Source: Candidatus Pacearchaeota archaeon
GTDB taxonomy: Archaea; Nanobdellota; Nanobdellia; Pacearchaeales; GW2011-AR1
Length of the DNA stretch: 54,058 nucleotides
Assembly (NCBI GenBank): GCA_042218235.1
Contig: JBDGRI010000023.1
Coordinates: forward strand, 1 to 54,058
Direction: 5' to 3'
Positions within the stretch are counted from its first letter, which is position 1; every line of letters begins with the position of its first letter. Both the position numbers and the translations under genes were made by a program. This document shows positions 43,286-53,105 of the stretch, in pieces. A model generated the notes under the pieces. The model did no database searches. It had not been told where the DNA came from and saw nothing but the letters and a program-made list of their open reading frames with translations.

Positions 43286-43367
43286 GCCCAGATGGCAGAG
43301 CGGTTAATGCAGCGGATTGCTAATCCGTGCCCTTCGGGGCTCGCAGGTTCGAATCCTGCTCTGGGCG
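43286..43367 (+). tRNA. tRNA-Ser (anticodon GCU)
   Basis: 82-nt cloverleaf. Acceptor stem is GCCCAGA/UCUGGGC and the anticodon stem is GCGGA/UCCGU with loop UUGCUAA. It has a long variable arm (GCCCUUCGGGGC) and T-arm GCAGG-UUCGAAU-CCUGC. Confidence 0.9.
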
Positions 43368-43540
43368 TTTCATGATAATTAATACCCTAATATTTAGCTT
43401 CTTTTTAACCAGCCTTTGATCTTATCTTCATACGCCGCAATTATAAATAGTATTCCAGCAATCGACATTGCTATCGATGATATTTTATTATCATATATCC
43501 CTGTTACCCCCAATATAAAGAATACCGATCCTATAGTCAG

Positions 43541-43786
43541 TTACTCGTTCCTGCTAGTACTTTCACTATCCCGGCAGACAATCGGGCCGGATATTTCGCT
43601 TAAGAAACCCGTTAGAAACGGGCCCAATATTGCTATTATTAAAATAATGGGCAAGTTAGATAAAGAGATTAATAAAATGTCTATAATTATTACTGCTGAA
43701 GACGTTAAAGCAGCCCCAAAAATCCCCTTTACTATCCCGGACATTATTTTCTCCCGATTCATATTAAGTCCTCCGTAATTTGGCAT
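43541..43786 (-). CDS. small membrane protein (possibly frameshifted)
   Basis: 81-aa hydrophobic ORF. A further TM-like reading (LTIGSVFFILGVTG...IAGILFIIAAYEDKIKGWLKRS) continues in another frame down to about 43396. Confidence 0.4.
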   Translation of the reverse strand: MPNYGGLNMNREKIMSGIVKGIFGAALTSSAVIIIDILLISLSNLPIILIIAILGPFLTGFLSEISGPIVCRDSESTSRNE

Positions 43787-43801
43787 TCTTTATGAATAAT
43801 A

Positions 43802-44239
43802 TTAATTAAGACATCTTTTTAGATTTTTCTTTAAGAAGTTTTTTCCGGGCTCAGTCAACTCGATCCTGGTTCTAATTAGGTTAGGTTCTACGTATGGTAG
43901 CCCCACCATAGCGGATACTTTCTCTTCATAGTCTTCAGAATCTGGGTCTAATTCTAGTATATTTTTATAATCATGATAGGTCATTTCACCACCCTTCTCA
44001 TGTATTTTGCTTAAGATAATCCTCATAAAATTATCTATTTTCGGACCGGTTCTAGATATGAATTTCTCGAAACCTCTTTTATTCTGGCTTATTAACAATC
44101 CTTTTTCTTGGAGTTTTTTGGTTTTTTCTCTAGAATCTCTGTAGCTTAAATCTAATTTATCTTTCAGATTGTCCAGAGTTTGCCCTTTCTCATGACACAT
44201 TCCTAATATTTCTTTATCAAATCTATCTATATTTTTCAT
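43802..44239 (-). CDS. hypothetical winged-helix-like DNA-binding protein
   Basis: 145 aa with two wHTH-like segments (LDNLKDKLDLSYRDSREKTKKLQEKGLL). Confidence 0.35.
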   Translation of the reverse strand: MKNIDRFDKEILGMCHEKGQTLDNLKDKLDLSYRDSREKTKKLQEKGLLISQNKRGFEKFISRTGPKIDNFMRIILSKIHEKGGEMTYHDYKNILELDPDSEDYEEKVSAMVGLPYVEPNLIRTRIELTEPGKNFLKKNLKRCLN

Positions 44240-44277
44240 ATGTAAAATTTATTTAATAATTATTAATATTTTTCTGT

Positions 44278-45045
44278 ATGGAAAGAAAAATTTTAGTTAG
44301 AGATGCAATTAGTAAGAATCTGATTGAAGAAGGCTATATCTATTCCATAGATAGAGAAGGAAACTTGGTAAGGGCACTGAGTGAAAAAGAGAGAAAAAAT
44401 GTTTGTGAGTATGCTTTTCTAATGGAAAGCGAGCTAATAGATAGGTTTTCTAGAGGTTTTTTGGGTAATGATCTTTTCAATTTAGAGGAATCTGAGATTG
44501 ATTCGATTGGTAGGTTGAGGAAATCTACACATTGTATTATAGTAGCTGAAAGTATAGTTGTTCCCAAAAAGGGATATAGGTATGAGATTGATGGTTCTGG
44601 AAATATAATCGAAATTGATATAGGAAAAGAGAATGATAATATGAGTAAGAGGGCAAAATCCCAAGAAATAAATTCAATTTCGGACTGGTCAGAGAACATG
44701 TTGTTGGACTTCGCTTATAAAAATAGGGGAGATTTTAAGTATAATCCCGGAAATCCTCAAAAAGCAATTTATTACTTCAATGAACTCTTGGATAGAAACC
44801 CAAATAAACCAAGGCCCACTGTTCTTAAAGGATTAGCGGAGTGTTATGAGAAAGTTGGAGATTTCAAAAAATCTCTATACTATTACAACTGGGCTTTTGA
44901 AAGATACCCTATTTACAAAAAGAACAATTATATTAAAGCTCACTTTCGGTATTGTGAAGAAATGTTAAGAAAAGGGGGCATTTTTGATTTTAATGAAATT
45001 AAAAAATGGCTTGTGGGTAGTAGGCGCTTTAAGCGAAGTAAATAA
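44278..45045 (+). CDS. hypothetical protein with C-terminal TPR-like repeats
   Basis: 255 aa with KAIYYFNELLDRNPN...GLAECYEKVGDFKKSLYYYNWAFERYP. Confidence 0.4.
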   Translation: MERKILVRDAISKNLIEEGYIYSIDREGNLVRALSEKERKNVCEYAFLMESELIDRFSRGFLGNDLFNLEESEIDSIGRLRKSTHCIIVAESIVVPKKGYRYEIDGSGNIIEIDIGKENDNMSKRAKSQEINSISDWSENMLLDFAYKNRGDFKYNPGNPQKAIYYFNELLDRNPNKPRPTVLKGLAECYEKVGDFKKSLYYYNWAFERYPIYKKNNYIKAHFRYCEEMLRKGGIFDFNEIKKWLVGSRRFKRSK

Positions 45046-45080
45046 TATCAAGCAATCCAAATTTAGAAATCTATTTCGAA

Positions 45081-46022
45081 ATGATAAAGAGAACAAAGCA
45101 ATTTATAGAGGTTAAAGAAAGAATTAATGGAAATCTTTACACCATTAGATTAGATCCTAGAAATGCAAAAAAAGATTGTATTAATATTACAACTCATGGC
45201 CATTCAGACCATATTCCCAATTACATAGAATCTGACACTTTAATCTGTACAGAAATTACAAAAAGGATGATCGAGTTCTATAGGGGGATTTGCGAATTTA
45301 CTAGTCAAGAGGGTTTTGAGAATGATGATTTAAGCATCAATCTTTATGATGCAGGACACTGTCTTGGGGCTAAAATGGCCTTTATCGTGAATAAAGAATC
45401 CGGTCATAGGATTCTCTATACGGGAGACTACAACCCTAGGTCGAGATATTGTGGCAGAGCAAACCCCATAAAGTGTGACACGCTTATTATAGATAGTACA
45501 TATGGAGATGATAAGTATTCTTTTCCTGATTACGAGACTTCTGTAAAAGACTTTATAAATTACCTTAAAGAAAATTTTGATCAAAAGATTGCCATAATTA
45601 CATACAATCTGGGAAAGCCTCAGGAGATAGCACAAATTCTAGAGAGTCATGGAATTAGATTTTCTATAGACCCAAAGTTGAAAAAAATTAATGATTTGCT
45701 TGGACTAGAATATAATTACGAAGATACAAATTCAAACTTTTTAATTACTAGAGCAAATAAAAGAGGCATGTTAAATATATCGGCTTCAGGTTGGGCCATA
45801 AATTCTGGTTTTGTTTATGCTAGAGATATTGATAGAGGATTTGTAATTTCCGATCATGCCGATTTCAATGATTCCATAAATTTCATCAGCCAATGTAGTC
45901 CTGAAAGAGTTTATACGGTTTTTGGAAGCAATAAAAAATTCGCTAAACTTATTGAGAGAGAATTAGGTATCAAATCAATACCTTTAATAGTTGGACAACA
46001 TTCTTTAGATAGTTATTTTTAG
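45081..46022 (+). CDS. metallo-beta-lactamase-fold (beta-CASP-like) nuclease
   Basis: 313 aa with HGHSDH (HxHxDH), DAGHCLGA, YTGDYN and SDHAD motifs. Confidence 0.6.
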   Translation: MIKRTKQFIEVKERINGNLYTIRLDPRNAKKDCINITTHGHSDHIPNYIESDTLICTEITKRMIEFYRGICEFTSQEGFENDDLSINLYDAGHCLGAKMAFIVNKESGHRILYTGDYNPRSRYCGRANPIKCDTLIIDSTYGDDKYSFPDYETSVKDFINYLKENFDQKIAIITYNLGKPQEIAQILESHGIRFSIDPKLKKINDLLGLEYNYEDTNSNFLITRANKRGMLNISASGWAINSGFVYARDIDRGFVISDHADFNDSINFISQCSPERVYTVFGSNKKFAKLIERELGIKSIPLIVGQHSLDSYF

Positions 46023-46025
46023 GTT

Positions 46026-46298
46026 TCAATGCCGATCGGAACCCAAAATTCCACTAAATCTTTTTTTCGCTTGATAGTCCCTAACTTCTTCTACAGCATC
46101 CATCAATGCCATGTATTTGGATTCCCTGATTTCATATTTGGTCCTATAATTGTTATAAATATCCAGGTTCTTGTTTATAAACTCCTCGTAACCTAAAGGT
46201 GCCCCGTCTCTCCTTAATTTTTGGAAGCATGTATCCAAAAACTGTATCTCTCGGTTTTTGTCAATGGAATTTTTAATGAATTCTTCAATATTTCCCAT
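46026..46298 (-). CDS. hypothetical protein
   Basis: 90-aa ORF. Confidence 0.4.
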   Translation of the reverse strand: MGNIEEFIKNSIDKNREIQFLDTCFQKLRRDGAPLGYEEFINKNLDIYNNYRTKYEIRESKYMALMDAVEEVRDYQAKKRFSGILGSDRH

Positions 46299-46432
46299 GT
46301 TTTTTACTTGAAAGCCACATATAAAAAATTATTAGTTTTTGAATACAAGTTATTTCTACCCAATTAAAGAGACAAGTCCTTCTTAGAAAATACTCGACAA
46401 CTGACTTAAAAGATTCCTATTCTATCAATAAC

Positions 46433-46738
46433 ATGAGTGATTTTGTTAGGGCTGACAGATTGGAAAATATAGAGAATTGCTCCGGATATAAGCTAAAATT
46501 GAGACTTTTGGACATTCGAGCTAAAACTAAGAAGCTACATAGGAGAAACTATGATATGCATAAAGAGTTGAAAGACTTGTGGAAGCAAAAAATAGACATA
46601 AAAGGAAGATATAAAGACGGGATTGAAAATAACTCATATAAAGACAAAAGGGCTACAAATAGGCATTTTGGAGATTTTAAGAGTAGGAACAAGAGCAGAC
46701 ATATTGATTTTAGTGAGGGTAGCGCTAGGTTGACATGA
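46433..46738 (+). CDS. hypothetical basic protein
   Basis: 101-aa Lys/Arg-rich ORF. Confidence 0.35.
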   Translation: MSDFVRADRLENIENCSGYKLKLRLLDIRAKTKKLHRRNYDMHKELKDLWKQKIDIKGRYKDGIENNSYKDKRATNRHFGDFKSRNKSRHIDFSEGSARLT

Positions 46739-46838
46739 GGTATCCCAAAAATTCGAAAATTCAATTGTTTCTTTAGAGAAAATAAAATGCCAAAACTTTT
46801 TTAATAGAAAATTAACAAACGCTATTTAGTAATCTAAA

Positions 46839-47129
46839 ATGGTAGAAGAAAAGTCTGGACCGGAGAAGCTTAAGAAAAAGTTAAAGGAAGCAGAGAAAAC
46901 TGGAGATGGCTTAGAGGAAACTCTTGAAGAATGTATTATGAATTCTGAGAGAGTGCAGGATCTTTGGAGCTTGGGTTTTGAGACAGGTAATTTTGGCTAT
47001 GGTAGGCTAATAACTTATGAAACGAAAAGCGACACCAAATATACATGGATCCAGGGGGAAAACGGAGATTACGACCAGATAAAATATTTTGGTCTAAAGC
47101 CAATTGGAGGTTACAGGAGCGATATATGA
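46839..47129 (+). CDS. hypothetical protein
   Basis: 96-aa ORF. Confidence 0.4.
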   Translation: MVEEKSGPEKLKKKLKEAEKTGDGLEETLEECIMNSERVQDLWSLGFETGNFGYGRLITYETKSDTKYTWIQGENGDYDQIKYFGLKPIGGYRSDI

Positions 47130-47141
47130 TAAAAACAATTA

Positions 47142-47216
47142 TAGCGGGAAGAGGATTTGAACCTCTGACCTCCGGGTTATGGGCCCGACGAGCACTCCAG
47201 ACTGCTCCATCCCGCT
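47142..47216 (-). tRNA. initiator tRNA-Met (anticodon CAU), archaeal type
   Basis: The reverse complement folds as a 75-nt cloverleaf. It has an A1:U72 pair, three consecutive G:C pairs closing the anticodon stem (GGG/CCC), loop CCCAUAA and T-arm AGAGG-UUCAAAU-CCUCU. A TATA-like TAATTAGAAAA lies about 27 nt upstream. Confidence 0.85.
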
Positions 47217-47330
47217 TTACAATTTATCCAGAATTTTCTAATTAGATAGTAGTTTTCTCTTTTATAAAACTTACGAGGAAATGCGAATTTCTGCATAATC
47301 TTTAAATACTTCGTGGTTTTTGAAGCTTGT

Positions 47331-47990
47331 ATGTTATATCTAGGAATTGACGAGGCTGGAAAGGGGCCGGTTATAGGCCCGTTAGTTGTTTCTGGCTGTA
47401 TGGTCGATGATCAAAAATATGTTGGATTGGAAAATATTCGAGTTAGGGATTCTAAAGACTTGACTCTAAGGAGAAGAGAATTTATGTCAAATAAGATAAA
47501 AGAAGTTACAGATGACTATGAGGTAAAGGTTGTTTCTGCAGAAGAAATTGACCAAAATATGTCTTCTGGTGTGAATATGAATCAATTAGAGGCCAATAAA
47601 ATAGCAGAAATTATAAACAAGTTCAATGATGGTAGCGATAACATAAAGGTAATGGTCGATTGTCCTTCTATAGGGATTCGGAAATGGAAAGAACTTTTGA
47701 TGTCCAAGATAGACAATCTTTCTAATTTGGAAATCGTTTGCGAGCATAAAGCCGACAGAAATCATGTTCCTGTATCTGCTGCTTCAATACTAGCAAAGAG
47801 CGTGAGGGAGAAAGAAATGCAATCGCTTAAAGAAAAGTTTGGTCATGAGATAGGTTCGGGTTATGCATCAGATACCTCAACTTCGGATTTTGTGAAAAGA
47901 AATGCAGACAGACTTAAGGACCAGGGTCTTTTCAGGCAATCCTGGAAAACTTGGAAGAGGGCTAGTAAAGAGGTTGTGGATGAAAAGTAA
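47331..47990 (+). CDS. rnhB: ribonuclease HII
   Basis: LGIDEAGKGPVIGPLVV catalytic motif. The track ORF starts at GTG 47313, but ATG 47331 lies about 25 nt after CTTTAAATAC. Confidence 0.85.
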   Translation: MLYLGIDEAGKGPVIGPLVVSGCMVDDQKYVGLENIRVRDSKDLTLRRREFMSNKIKEVTDDYEVKVVSAEEIDQNMSSGVNMNQLEANKIAEIINKFNDGSDNIKVMVDCPSIGIRKWKELLMSKIDNLSNLEIVCEHKADRNHVPVSAASILAKSVREKEMQSLKEKFGHEIGSGYASDTSTSDFVKRNADRLKDQGLFRQSWKTWKRASKEVVDEK

Positions 47991-48017
47991 TTTATAATAA
48001 TTTCTAGTTAATTTACT

Positions 48018-48374
48018 ATGGATAATTTTTGGTATAATCATAATGACTCATTTAGGTATAGGCCATTTACTCTAGAAGAGGCATACGAAATTCCGATAAT
48101 GCATGAAATTGCATTTACATTGAGCCATCATTCTGATAAACAATCTAATAAGCAACTTTTTATGATGTATGGTCTTTTTCATGGTCATCCATATATTGTT
48201 TCGAGAAAGGAAGGCATTTATCGAGAATTCATTAGAAATGAACCATTGTACATTTCTAATAAGTATGATCCTGGTGATGATTCTTTGATAAATATGTTTG
48301 TTTTTGATATTTGGAATAGAGACCATGTGAAACTGGGAAGATTCAGGCATGATCTCTTTTCAAAGCTAGATTAA
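48018..48374 (+). CDS. hypothetical protein
   Basis: 118-aa ORF. Confidence 0.4.
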   Translation: MDNFWYNHNDSFRYRPFTLEEAYEIPIMHEIAFTLSHHSDKQSNKQLFMMYGLFHGHPYIVSRKEGIYREFIRNEPLYISNKYDPGDDSLINMFVFDIWNRDHVKLGRFRHDLFSKLD

Positions 48375-48420
48375 TCATGTACTATAAAACCTTAAAAATC
48401 CTTGAAAATTTGTAATTTGG

Positions 48421-51285
48421 ATGACTTATGTTAAAAAGTTGGTGATGAACGGGTTTAAGAGTTTTGCAAAGAAGACCGAGATTCCTTTTACCGGAGAGAT
48501 TAATGTCGTGCTAGGTCCTAATGGTTCGGGAAAGTCAAACATTATTGATGCTTTGTGTTTTGTATTGGGAAGGTTGAGTACAAAGTCAATTAGAGCTACA
48601 AAAGCAAGTAATTTGATTTTTATGGGAAGTCAGTCTGCTGGGGCGGCTAAAGAGGCTTCTGTGGAATTGATTTTTGATAATTCGGATAATACTTTTTCTT
48701 TGGATGCTAATGAGGTTTCCTTGAAGAGAATTGTTAAGAAAAATGGTCAAGGAATTTACAGAATTAATGGCGAAAATAAGACGAGACAAGAAATTGTTAC
48801 TCTTTTAGCTCAGGCAGGAATTGACCCTAACGGTTTCAACATTGTTTTGCAGGGAGAGATTCAGAATTTTGTTAAGATGACTCCTGACCAAAGACGTAAA
48901 GTTATAGAGGAAGTTTCTGGAATTTCAGTTTATGAGACAAGGAAGCAAAAGTCGATGAAAGAGCTTGAAAAAACGGACAAAAAGTTGAAGGAAGTTAGTG
49001 CTATTTTGAAGGAACGGACTTCTTATTTGAATAATTTGGAGAAAGAGAGAAAACAGGCTTTAAGATATCAAAAATTGCAAAAGGACTTGGAGAATTTGAA
49101 GGCTAGCGTGATTAATTCTGATTTGCAGGAAAAGAAGAAAGAAAAGGAAAAGATTGATGCGGATGTAGATAAGAAGAACAAGGAGATTTGGAAAGTTAGA
49201 GAAAAAATGTCAAAGTTACAACAGACGATTGACGATTACAAGAAAAAAGTAGATGAAATTAATTCCAATATAAAAAGTTCTACAGGGCAAGAACAAGAAA
49301 AGCTTAATCAAGAAATCGCTAATCTTCGTGCAGACTTGGCGGGATTGAATGTTAATAAAGAAAATGCCGAGAAAAAGTTGGCAGACAACAAGAAAAAACA
49401 ACAGGATTTGGATAATTCGATTAAGGATTCTCAGAAAGAGATTGATGAATTGAAGAAATCTTCAGACCCTAACAAAGATTCTGAACAGAAGAAAGAGTTG
49501 GAGAAAAAGAAGAACTTGGTAGATGATTTGGAGAAAAAGCGTAAGGATCTTTATATGGCTAAGACCGAGTTGAAAAGTATTGATAAGCGTCTGGATGATA
49601 AGAACAAGTCTTTACAAAGCTATCAAAGAGAGTCAGAGATTTTGACAAGCCAGATTGAGAAGGTTGAGGAAGGGCTTTATGACAGAAATACTAAAAAGGA
49701 AAAAATTGATTCCTTGAAGAAAAAGATAGAGGAAAAGAAAGAAGAGCTTGAACATGTCGATAAGCGTGAGAGAGAACTTGAAAAGCAGTCTATTTTGAAT
49801 AATTCAGAAATTGAAAAGCATAATAAGTTGATAGATAAGATTTCACAAATGGACACTTGTCCGACTTGTAAAAGCGATATTACTCAAGAGCATATAGACT
49901 CCATAAAGGCCGAGACTATGCCTCAAATTAATACATTGAAGCAACAGATTTCTGAAGGAGAGAAGGAAATGGAGGATTTGAAGCAGAAGAAGGAGCGTTT
50001 GAGGAACGAAATTGCTGAAATGCAAAAAGAAGTTTCTAAGCGGGACTCGGATTTGTCTAAATTAAAAGATATCGATGATAAGAAGGATAGGCTTAAGTCA
50101 ATACAAGCCAATATAAGTTCTGTTAAGAAAGAGATTCAGGATATTGAAAAGCGTAAGCAAGAATTACAGAAGACAGTTGAGGAAAATCAAGATGTTGAAG
50201 AGAAATACGAGACTGCCTTGGTTGAGTATCAAGACCTTTCGTCAAAGAGCAAGGAGAATTTGGATTCCGAAATTTCGTTCAAGCAGAAAGAGTTGGAGCG
50301 TTCACAGATTTCATTGAAACAGTTGAAGAGAGAGCAGGAAGAGCATGAAGAAGAGCTTTCGAAAGTTAATGCTTCCATCAAGGAGAAAAATACTTTGTTG
50401 GAACAGAAAAGGAAACAAGAGCAAGAATTGAGTAAGAAGTTTGATAAAATGATTAAAGAGCGTGATTCATATCAGGAAAAAGTTCGAGAGTCTGAGAGAG
50501 AGCTCCAGGATAAGAAGAATGAGGTTCATAATAAAGAGCAAGAAGTTAATAATTTGAAGATTGAGATTGCCAGGGTTAATGCTTCTGTCGAGAATTTGCA
50601 AGAAGAATTGAAACAATGCCCTAATGCTGAGATAATTTCAGGTAAAAAAGACAATTTGAAGAATCGTTTGGAAAAGACTAAAGACATGGTCTCAGGCATG
50701 GGAAATATTAATTTGAAGTCTTTAGAGGTTTACGATGAAGTTAAGAAAGAATATGACGAGGTTAAAGAAAGGTCGGATAAGATTGAGAAAGAGAAGGAAG
50801 GAATTATGAAGGTAATTGAGACGATAGACAGAAAGAAGAAGAGGGCTTTCATGAAAACCATGAAGTCATTGAACGAGGCATTTTCGAGGAACTTTTCGTT
50901 GTTAAGTTCCAAAGGAGAGGTTTATTTAGAATTAGAGAATAAAAAACAGCCTTTTGAGGGAGGTGTCGGTATTGTTGTTAGAACTGGCCATGGAAAGTAT
51001 TTCGATGCTACATCGCTTTCAGGAGGAGAACAGACTCTTGTCGCACTTTCGCTAATTTTCGCTATACAGGAGTATGACCCCTATCCGTTTTACATATTAG
51101 ACGAGATTGATGCAGCTTTGGACAAGAGAAACTCTCAGAGATTGGCGAATTTACTCTCAAAGCATATGCAGAAAGGGCAGTATATTCTAATTTCTCACAA
51201 TGATGAGACTATTGCAAGTGCTAACAATGTTTATGGAATAAGTATGCACGATGGCATCAGTAAAGTCGTCTCAATGGAAGTCTGA
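48421..51285 (+). CDS. smc: SMC-family ATPase with a central CxxC (zinc-hook-like) motif instead of an obvious hinge
   Basis: 954 aa with SMC-type heads: GFKSFAKKTEIPF..GPNGSGKSN, IVLQGEIQNFVKMTPDQRRKVIEEVSGI and LSGGEQTLVALSLIFAIQ...YILDEIDAALD. Continuous coiled coil flanks CPTC at residues 480-483. Confidence 0.75.
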   Translation: MTYVKKLVMNGFKSFAKKTEIPFTGEINVVLGPNGSGKSNIIDALCFVLGRLSTKSIRATKASNLIFMGSQSAGAAKEASVELIFDNSDNTFSLDANEVSLKRIVKKNGQGIYRINGENKTRQEIVTLLAQAGIDPNGFNIVLQGEIQNFVKMTPDQRRKVIEEVSGISVYETRKQKSMKELEKTDKKLKEVSAILKERTSYLNNLEKERKQALRYQKLQKDLENLKASVINSDLQEKKKEKEKIDADVDKKNKEIWKVREKMSKLQQTIDDYKKKVDEINSNIKSSTGQEQEKLNQEIANLRADLAGLNVNKENAEKKLADNKKKQQDLDNSIKDSQKEIDELKKSSDPNKDSEQKKELEKKKNLVDDLEKKRKDLYMAKTELKSIDKRLDDKNKSLQSYQRESEILTSQIEKVEEGLYDRNTKKEKIDSLKKKIEEKKEELEHVDKRERELEKQSILNNSEIEKHNKLIDKISQMDTCPTCKSDITQEHIDSIKAETMPQINTLKQQISEGEKEMEDLKQKKERLRNEIAEMQKEVSKRDSDLSKLKDIDDKKDRLKSIQANISSVKKEIQDIEKRKQELQKTVEENQDVEEKYETALVEYQDLSSKSKENLDSEISFKQKELERSQISLKQLKREQEEHEEELSKVNASIKEKNTLLEQKRKQEQELSKKFDKMIKERDSYQEKVRESERELQDKKNEVHNKEQEVNNLKIEIARVNASVENLQEELKQCPNAEIISGKKDNLKNRLEKTKDMVSGMGNINLKSLEVYDEVKKEYDEVKERSDKIEKEKEGIMKVIETIDRKKKRAFMKTMKSLNEAFSRNFSLLSSKGEVYLELENKKQPFEGGVGIVVRTGHGKYFDATSLSGGEQTLVALSLIFAIQEYDPYPFYILDEIDAALDKRNSQRLANLLSKHMQKGQYILISHNDETIASANNVYGISMHDGISKVVSMEV

Positions 51286-51501
51286 TGCATCGTGCGACTC
51301 CGCTTATCTTTACAGATAATCGTCATCTATAGAATCACGGTTTTTCTCAGCATAAGCTTCGCTTATTCGTCGTATGCAAAGACAGAATTAGTAAAGTGGT
51401 TTATATGGAGGTATAGATTCAGGGAATTCAATTATTTAGAGAATAATTCACTTTAAGCTAAGAAAATATTTCCAAATTATGGGTGCAAGTTTAAACAATA
51501 T

Positions 51502-51834
51502 CTATTCGCTAAATACTCTATAAAAATGCTGATAATGCAACTTTAACCTTTCTCCTTTAAAGTTTTCAATAATTAAGTTTCCAGTGTAATAAGGAGTTTC
51601 TTTAGTAGGATCAATGCTGTAATCAATTTCTACAGGAGTTAAAGGACCCAAATTATATTTAACTTCTCGCTCGAATGCAAAATAATCCTTGTTTGGTTGA
51701 AATCCCTTATTCAATGCCTCTATTTTTTTATCTTGAGGCAAATTTTCGTTAATTTGGATAGTTTGCCCTCTTTTTATATTCTTTAGTTCTTCTAGACTTT
51801 TTATTGGTTTTATGTTTTTCTTATTTTCTTTCAT
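51502..51834 (-). CDS. hypothetical protein
   Basis: 110-aa ORF. Confidence 0.4.
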   Translation of the reverse strand: MKENKKNIKPIKSLEELKNIKRGQTIQINENLPQDKKIEALNKGFQPNKDYFAFEREVKYNLGPLTPVEIDYSIDPTKETPYYTGNLIIENFKGERLKLHYQHFYRVFSE

Positions 51835-51907
51835 ACCAAAAATACTCTTTAATGATATTTAAGAATTTTTATTCTCAAAAGGTACTTAAAATTACATCTC
51901 GAAATTT

Positions 51908-52309
51908 TTAGAAAATCTCTTTCCTATCTACAGGGTGTCTATCAAAACCAAATGCCCAGTTTAAATGTCCTTCGTGATAGTACAATACCTTGCTATTCTT
52001 ATCTTTTATTGTAGTGTCAAGGCTTTTGCTAATTATTTTCATTTTTTCTAACTTAAAGCTTTGTCCGCTCTCTTTTTTAGTATCGTATTCATTATTTGTT
52101 TTATACAAAATGGTGTCTCCTTCATTATTAATTTCCCTTATGTTGTATTCAGGGCTTGACCCAATTAGCTTGTCTTTTGGATTATAGTAGAATTCTTTCT
52201 CTCCTTTTTGAAAATTGCTTTCGTATTTTGAACTAAGGTTTTTGTCTAAACTACAAGAGTTTAACAATGTTGCAGTAGAAAGGACTAGTATATGTGCAAG
52301 TTTTTTCAT
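51908..52309 (-). CDS. hypothetical lipoprotein
   Basis: 133 aa with a signal peptide and lipobox (LLNSC). Confidence 0.5.
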   Translation of the reverse strand: MKKLAHILVLSTATLLNSCSLDKNLSSKYESNFQKGEKEFYYNPKDKLIGSSPEYNIREINNEGDTILYKTNNEYDTKKESGQSFKLEKMKIISKSLDTTIKDKNSKVLYYHEGHLNWAFGFDRHPVDRKEIF

Positions 52310-52333
52310 TTTTTCATGAGCATTTCTCTTGAC

Positions 52334-53104
52334 CTATTTGAAAGAGGCTTCGAAAAGAGTTGCTATTGTGTTTCCGAAAAATTCGGAGTTTAGCCAGATT
52401 GCTCTGTCTTCGCCTTCGTCCTGGTTGAGGTAGAAAAGAGCTTGCATTCTATCAATTATGAAGAATTTTGAGTCGAGCTCTGTTCTTTTGATTTTTTGAT
52501 TGAATTTCTTTTCAAGGTCTTGGATTACTTTTTCGTTTCCTGAGAAAGCAAGTCTGATTTTTACTCCGTCTTTCTTTAGGTCTTCGAAAGTTTTCTTGTA
52601 GATGTTGATTTTGTTTGCTATGTCTTCTCCCTTTGTACAGATTACAACTTCCTTTTTAGCATTGTTGAACATTTCCTTTAAGTGGTTTGAGATGTTTGCT
52701 TTACCTTTTATAGCGGCAGAAGTTTCATGGCTTTCTTCTGAAGTGAAGCCTTCCTTGTATAGTTTTTCTATTTCCGTGAATTCTTCTGTGTCTTGTATGT
52801 TTGTAAGGTCTTTGATTTTCTTTTCTGCTTTTTGCCTTTCGTTTTGTTTGAGTTTTTCAAGAACAGTTTTAGGCTTTACGCCCATGTATTTTACCGGCTT
52901 TCCAATTTTTACAATTGCAAATCCTTTAGCTTCCAGTCCTTCCAAAACGTCATAAGTTCTTGAACGTGGAACGCCTGAAGCATTAGAGATTTCTCCGGCA
53001 GAAGCTGTTCCCTTTGAAAGCAAAGCCAGCCATACTTTTGTTTCATAGTCATTAAGCTCGAAATAGTCCTTAATTTTCTTGATTTTTTCTTGTTGTTGTA
53101 GCAT
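52334..53104 (-). CDS. TrmB-family transcriptional regulator
   Basis: 256 aa with wHTH YETKVWLALLSKGTASAGEISNASGVPRSRTYDVLEGLEAKGF. Confidence 0.75.
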   Translation of the reverse strand: MLQQQEKIKKIKDYFELNDYETKVWLALLSKGTASAGEISNASGVPRSRTYDVLEGLEAKGFAIVKIGKPVKYMGVKPKTVLEKLKQNERQKAEKKIKDLTNIQDTEEFTEIEKLYKEGFTSEESHETSAAIKGKANISNHLKEMFNNAKKEVVICTKGEDIANKINIYKKTFEDLKKDGVKIRLAFSGNEKVIQDLEKKFNQKIKRTELDSKFFIIDRMQALFYLNQDEGEDRAIWLNSEFFGNTIATLFEASFK

Positions 53105-53105
53105 T

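Noticed and set aside
43416-43778. 120-aa plus-strand ORF
   Set aside because: It is antisense to the minus-strand membrane-protein ORF. Both look hydrophobic because of AT-rich codons. I kept the minus-strand call because it has an ATG in good context, but this remains uncertain.
51286-51501. 216-nt intergenic region after the smc-like gene, inspected for a small RNA or terminator
   Set aside because: Only weak repeats (CGCTTAT twice) are present. I could find no convincing stem-loops or known motifs by eye.
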